A stretch of 63,856 nt of DNA, the filler included, from Stramenopiles sp. TOSAG23-6 (taxonomy: Eukaryota): NCBI GenBank assembly GCA_900128565.1. It is 3 parts of 3 records of this genome, joined end to end, with 100 filler letters (N's around TTAATTAATTAA, not from the genome) between each part and the next. Parts side by side here need not be neighbours in the genome. Positions count along the whole stretch, not along the records: positions 43,591 to 63,856 come from LT636039.1; 2 more parts are not named here. One strand, given 5' to 3'. Below the pieces are notes generated by a model. It had not been told where the DNA came from, made no database searches, and was given only the letters and a program-made list of their open reading frames with translations. This document shows, one piece after another, positions 58,836-63,856 of the stretch (its first letter is position 1; each line of letters begins with the position of its first letter). Position numbers and translations under genes: made by a program.

Positions 58836-60920
58836 ATGGCACTACATATTATAATGACCTTCATGCTTGCTTGTTTTATGTGTATTTCAAGAGTTGAGGG
58901 TGCTGACAATGCTCTTACACCTCTTTACTTAAGAAGTATTCGACTTGCTGCTTCACTAGACCCAGGGTTTGCAGATAAATACGGTGAACATTTACCAGAG
59001 GGAATGCGACGAAAAACTCTTCATGAAATTCTTTTTAACTCTGATGTTTTAACAGAATTAGAGAAGCGCGAACATCTAGAATCAATCTTTTCGGATGGAG
59101 GAGAAGAGAAAGTACGTGAAGCACTCAAGAATAAAGTCAATTTACAAGAAGTTGTTGTTGGGGACGCTGTTGAATGTCCGAATCATACAATTTGTAGAGG
59201 TATTCAAAATGATGGTGATAGTTGTTGGTTATCTTCAGCACTTCAACTGACATTGCACATTGATCAGTTAAATGTTTTTTTAACTGATGGAGGTAATGCC
59301 GGTAATGAAGAAAAACAACATGATGTTGGAGAAGCGAAAGCAGCGCTGGCTGAGCAGGTGTCGAACTCTGCGGCCACTTCGAAGGAGCCACCGCATTTCG
59401 GGCTGAGCTACAGGAAGCTGCAAGACGTAATGAAGCACTCGCCTTTTGTGGCTGTTGTGTCAGGGCCGACTTTCAATGCGGCTGTTGTGCCAGGGCCGAC
59501 CCTCAATGCAGCAGCCGTGGAGTTTGCAGCCCCGAAAGGAATCAACCTGGCTGATTTCAAAAGAACTTATGAAGCACATAATGGCTATGCCCTACCCAAA
59601 ACAGTAATTGCTCAAGTAAGACAAAGGATATTTGGAGAAGGATATATAGGACAGCAAGAATCCGATGCATTCTTTACCAGGATGTGGGAGCAAAATATCG
59701 ACCACTATCCTTCGGATTTCGTTTCTGAAGTGGGTGATGAGATACGCTCATTTTATATTGAGACACCCGAGCAAGATTTAACATGTACGTTTTTAAAATT
59801 GAATTTATTAATTTTTTTTCATACGAAATTCCGTACCTAACTATTTTTTTTCATTTAAAAAAAAATCACAATACATGTGAGCAGCTTCCGAGCAAAAACG
59901 TGGTGGAGTGTGTCAAACTTGAAAATCGAATGTTCAAGATTTCTCTTCGTGCAAAAACTCGTTCAAAAACAATTGTAGTTCCTTGGAATGCTGGGGATGG
60001 TGACTCTGTTTCGTTGAGTGCTGCTCACCAAGACTTTTGTGATCATCCAGAAAATTACGTTTCTTCGGTAATTGCCTATGTATGTTTTAATTTTTTTTCA
60101 AAATCGTTTTTTTTTCGTACGAAATTTTTTACCTAACGATTTTTTTTGAAATATTTTTCCAAAACACATGATGAATTTCTTCATTCTGGATTGAACTTGG
60201 AAAACCCAGTGATTATGACTAATGTGGAAGATCAAGAAGAAGTTCATATTAGTCCTCGTTTGTTTTATTTTTTTTTACCAATTTCGACTTTTTTTTTTTT
60301 TTTCAAAAAGCAATTTCATACCTAACGAATTTTTTTTTGTAAAATTCGTGTTTTTTTCACAATACATCATTAACTTGTAGTTTTGCTCGCTATCTTTTAT
60401 CCGCTCGTAGAAGAGGTAATGCAAAGTTTGATCTTACATTTGATGGTGATTTACACGTATGTTTTAATTTTTTTCAATTTCGAATTTATTTTTCGTACGA
60501 AATTTTGTACCTAACGATTATTTTTTGAAATATTTTTCCAAAATACACACTGCTTCTTTTCAAGTAGGGAGTTTCTTCAGAATTGATGGGGAAAAACACG
60601 AAGGGCTTGGAATATACCATGTACGTTTTTTTTCATCATGAATTTTTTACCTACATTTTCATAAGAAATTTCGTACCTAACATTTTTTTTTACGATTTCG
60701 TTTTTTTTTTTTCACAATACATGTGAAAGGGTTTGTGCAGTTTATGGCTGGTAAATCTATTGGCAGTGGTGGGTTTTCGAGTGGTCATTATGTATCTGCT
60801 GTTTTGTTTGATGGTAAATGGATTTTATTTAATGACGAATCTGTTAAATATTTAACTCTTGAAGATGCAATGAAAAGAATGAGTGAGGCTACAGTTCTTT
60901 ATAGTGAAAGGGTGAATTAA
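58836..60920 (+). CDS. Ubiquitin-specific protease (C19)-like protein with signal peptide; exons 58836-59784, 59877-60079, 60170-60257, 60368-60456, 60549-60620, 60723-60920 (532 aa)
   Basis: Cys box GIQNDGDSCWLSSALQ, QQES, and His box SGHYVSAV...WILFNDESV. All six exons stay in frame when the five family introns are removed. Confidence 0.8.
59785..59876 (+). other. Family intron (GT..AT), USP intron 1
   Basis: ACAT|GTACGT...CGTACCTAAC...CACAATACAT|GT. Confidence 0.85.
60080..60169 (+). other. Family intron (GT..AT), USP intron 2
   Basis: TAT|GTATGT...TTTCGTACGAAATTTTTTACCTAACG...CCAAAACACAT|GAT. Confidence 0.85.
60258..60367 (+). other. Family intron (GT..AT), USP intron 3
   Basis: CTC|GTTTGT...CATACCTAACG...CACAATACAT|CA. 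Confidence 0.8.
60457..60548 (+). other. Family intron (GT..AC), USP intron 4
   Basis: CAC|GTATGT...TTTCGTACGAAATTTTGTACCTAACG...CCAAAATACAC|ACT. Confidence 0.85.
60621..60722 (+). other. Family intron (GT..AT), USP intron 5
   Basis: CAT|GTACGT...CATCATGAAT...CGTACCTAAC...CACAATACAT|GTG. Confidence 0.85.
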
Positions 60921-61227
60921 CTCTTGAAGATGCAATGAAAAGAATGAGTCAGGCTACAGTTCTCTATAGTGAAAAGGTGATTCAAAAATATATTTATTAT
61001 CACATTACTCGATTATGAGAGGGTGTCCCATAAAAAATTGTAAAAATATTTTTTTCAATTTTTAATAATGTGATTGCAAAATATGGTTATTGTATTGCAA
61101 ACGAATCTGCTTTAGTGCTTTTTGATTTCTCTTTTATTTCAAGAATAAATACATATAAGGTTGTTATAGCAAATGAAACCTCCACTTTTCAGGTAGATGT
61201 CTGTGTCACAAACTATTTCAGGAAATT

Positions 61228-61989
61228 TCATCCCCGATCTTGCTTTTGTTCATTCAAAATCTTTTGATCCTTTGCTTTTTGCTTGAAAGGATCTGCTTCA
61301 TCCCACATCCTTTCCCACTTTTCTGTTTCTATCAAATAGTGCTTTGGATCGAATTGGAGAGGAGCGTGCTTACGTGGGTCTGCCGCTGGATTATTCATTT
61401 GTTGTAGTGCCATATTGAGAGAATTCGTCTTTGTGAACGCTTGTAGAGGTACATGTTTGACATGTTTACGTACCATTTTGTAAACCATCGGTGCAATTTC
61501 TTCTTCATACGCTACTGGAAACGATTGATACTTTTCGTTAATTTCCCCAACTTGATTGCCTTCAAGGTCTACGGCTATAAGAGGGTTGAAGCACTTGTTA
61601 AATCTCAGTTGGAATAAATCGGCCTTGCTCATCTTATATTCTTCCAAAAACGCTTTGTCATTAAATTTGTTTGCAGCAGCAAGAAACTCTGCATAGTACA
61701 GTTGACAATTTTTTTCACGATGTAAATGATATGCAAGTTTGCTTCCCTCGACCCAATTTCTGAGGCCTTCCTTTTCCGTAGTGGGAGCCAAATTCGGATC
61801 TTCAAAACCTTGCTCGTCACCTGCGTCATCTTTAAAACCTTGCTCGTCACTTGCGTGATCTCTTTGTCTCGAAATAATCGCTTTCTCTTCTTGGCTGACG
61901 TTGGGTTGCAATTGTCCTTCTTCCATAGCATGTACAACTCTTGTGTTATAAAGTATAACCAAAAGAAAGATTACACATGATGTTTTCAT
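61228..61989 (-). CDS. Hypothetical secreted protein
   Basis: 253-aa ORF with signal-peptide-like MKTSCVIFLLVILYNTRVVHA; short DEQGF repeat. Confidence 0.65.
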   Translation of the reverse strand: MKTSCVIFLLVILYNTRVVHAMEEGQLQPNVSQEEKAIISRQRDHASDEQGFKDDAGDEQGFEDPNLAPTTEKEGLRNWVEGSKLAYHLHREKNCQLYYAEFLAAANKFNDKAFLEEYKMSKADLFQLRFNKCFNPLIAVDLEGNQVGEINEKYQSFPVAYEEEIAPMVYKMVRKHVKHVPLQAFTKTNSLNMALQQMNNPAADPRKHAPLQFDPKHYLIETEKWERMWDEADPFKQKAKDQKILNEQKQDRG

Positions 61990-62300
61990 TGTTATATGCG
62001 TTGTTGTTGCTTTTGCGCTGTTTCTTGTATAGTAGTATACTTTTACTTTTATAGTAAAGTTGTTTGAAAGAATCTCAACTGCTTTAGTTCCTCGTTGGTC
62101 ATTTTTGCTACCATTAAGTGGACAAAACTGTTTTCACCATCACACGTCGGTTTCAATTCGTAGTTTTACTATCTTTGCACTTTAAATTGAGTAAATTCAG
62201 ATTTAGATTCTTTTATAGATTCGACAATGATACGTTCAGTCCTTCCTGTCGTATATAAATAACTAACTTTGTTGAGACAATTTCAAAAATACAATCAACT

Positions 62301-63791
62301 ATGCCAAATTCATTGGCACATCCATCGTGGGGATATTGGTGTGGCCAACTATTTGTATCTAAAGACAATGAAGTACTTCCTGGTAAAGTTGAAATGTTAG
62401 CAGACCGCAAATTTCTCAATTCCGACGGCATAGAGTATTCTTATAGACTTGTTGATGAACGTGGAACAAAGACGTTTATTTCCTCAATGGAGAAGCTTTT
62501 AAAGAACATTAAGTTCACATTTCGGGCGACTATCCTTGCAAACAGTGCTTCAGACGATGAGAATGATGAAAATGCTGTCGCAGTCTCATGCGACAATATT
62601 TCTGTCAGCCAAACACGTCGTGAAGGGAAAAAAAACACTATTATGAACCTACATATTGATGTGGGTGCAGCGTTATATGTTGGCTGGAAGCTTTGTCCCG
62701 ATGCTATCATCATTTTCTCTAGCCTTCATGCATATACTTCTATAGATGCTATGACTAATATATCTGTAAGTAAAACGAGACGAACAAAGTGTTTGCGAGA
62801 CGTTTATGCTAATATAAAGCCTGCTAATAGGAAACGAGGGTCTACCCCTAAAATGAGTGAAGAACTTGACTCATACTACAGTTCAAACAACATGACATGT
62901 GTAAATGGTAACTCATACAAGCGTAATCTCGCGAATTTACCGATAGAAATGATACGAACAATTTTAAGTTATCTAACTGCGAAGAATATTTCCTATTTGT
63001 CAGTTGTAAACAAATACACATTCTTCTCTTTTGCTAGTGATCCATTTACACCGGGTTTAGGATTATCACTATTTCCTCATCAAAAAAATTCTCTTGGATG
63101 GATGGAAGCACGTGAACGAGGTGATGGTATGCTGAACAATTATACATCAAAATCTGTGTCAAAAAAGGGAAATAAAAATGGTACTAATTGTGTAGATACG
63201 CTTGAGTTGATCCCTGGAATGACGGTGAACTTTCGAAGAAAGGAATACAATGCTGTAAATGATCCTAACCCTAAACCTAATAAAACTAATAAAACTAATA
63301 GTGATAATGAAACAATTAGGGTCAGGGTAGCTAAATATACTTGGAGGGAAGGCGATCTAGTGCAACGGTATGAAAATGGATGGAAAATTAGGGTAGTAAA
63401 GACAGTTAGAAATAGAAAAAATAGTATTAACCCTAACCCTAACCCAAATAGAAAAAATAGTATTTGTAAAACGATAATTTATACTGCAAATGAATGTGAT
63501 ATATTTCGTCAAGAATACGAAGAGAAAATTGTTCCTGATCATAATAACAATAGTACAAATAAGCCGTTGTCTTATTTTGTAAATGTAAAAACAGGTTTAT
63601 GTACAAAGAATGTACCACCATCAGCTCTTCTGAGAAGACACCCATCACGTGTCATAACAGAAACACACCCACATTGTCCAATGATGCAACAATTAGATGC
63701 AACATATTGTGATGAAGATGTTACAATATTATGGTTGTGGAATCATCATACTAATCCTAGTACACCTAGAAGTAAAAGCCAATGTAAAAAT
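62301..63791 (+). CDS. F-box plus SNF2-type helicase gene, exon 1 (3' truncated; missing from the ORF track)
   Basis: Manual translation from ATG 62301 is open to the window end: LANLPIEMIRTILSYLTAKNISYLSVVNKY (F-box), then PGLGLSLFPHQKNSLGWMEARE (SNF2 Q-motif region). Confidence 0.7.
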
Positions 63792-63856
63792 GCACGTTTT
63801 CATTTTTTTTCAAATTCGATTTTTTTTTCGTACGAAATTTTGTACCTAACGATTTT
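63792..63856 (+). other. Family intron with GC donor, truncated at the window end
   Basis: AAT|GCACGTTTT...TTTCGTACGAAATTTTGTACCTAACG. Confidence 0.8.

Noticed and set aside
63263-63446. TAACCC telomere-like repeats near the window end
   Set aside because: They lie in the open frame of the F-box gene and encode Asn-Pro repeats.

Overview
AT-rich, gene-dense eukaryotic nuclear sequence from a flagellated protist (RSPH14 and KIF12 homologues; probably a stramenopile, but the sequence alone cannot fix this). It is three contigs joined by 100-nt N spacers containing TTAATTAATTAA (21707-21806, 43491-43590). About 30 protein genes are present, including MRPL46, a KIF12-like kinesin, RSPH14, GIGYF, Alba, an SLC35A transporter, a Sar1-like GTPase, Rab1, a CHD remodeller carrying LysM-like repeats, SETD7-like, GPD1, MCM6, leucyl aminopeptidase, a signal-peptide USP and an F-box/SNF2 gene. 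The main observation is a dispersed family of 21 related introns (18 complete, 89-140 nt; 3 truncated). They have a normal-looking donor (GTAYGT-like), a TTTCGTACGAAA palindrome, a strong TACCTAAC branch site and an AATACAN end. Of 19 visible 3' ends, 16 are AT, 2 are AC and only 1 is AG. Removing them as GT..AT/AC restores conserved motifs (kinesin DSLGG, MCM6 ANPIYGRYD, GPD1 KAAIMRIG, GYF MRAWHQQGFF). The flanks read AY[GTA...TAC]AY, which suggests an introner transposon whose 2-bp target duplication supplies a non-AG acceptor. All splice calls are inferred from protein conservation and need RNA confirmation.
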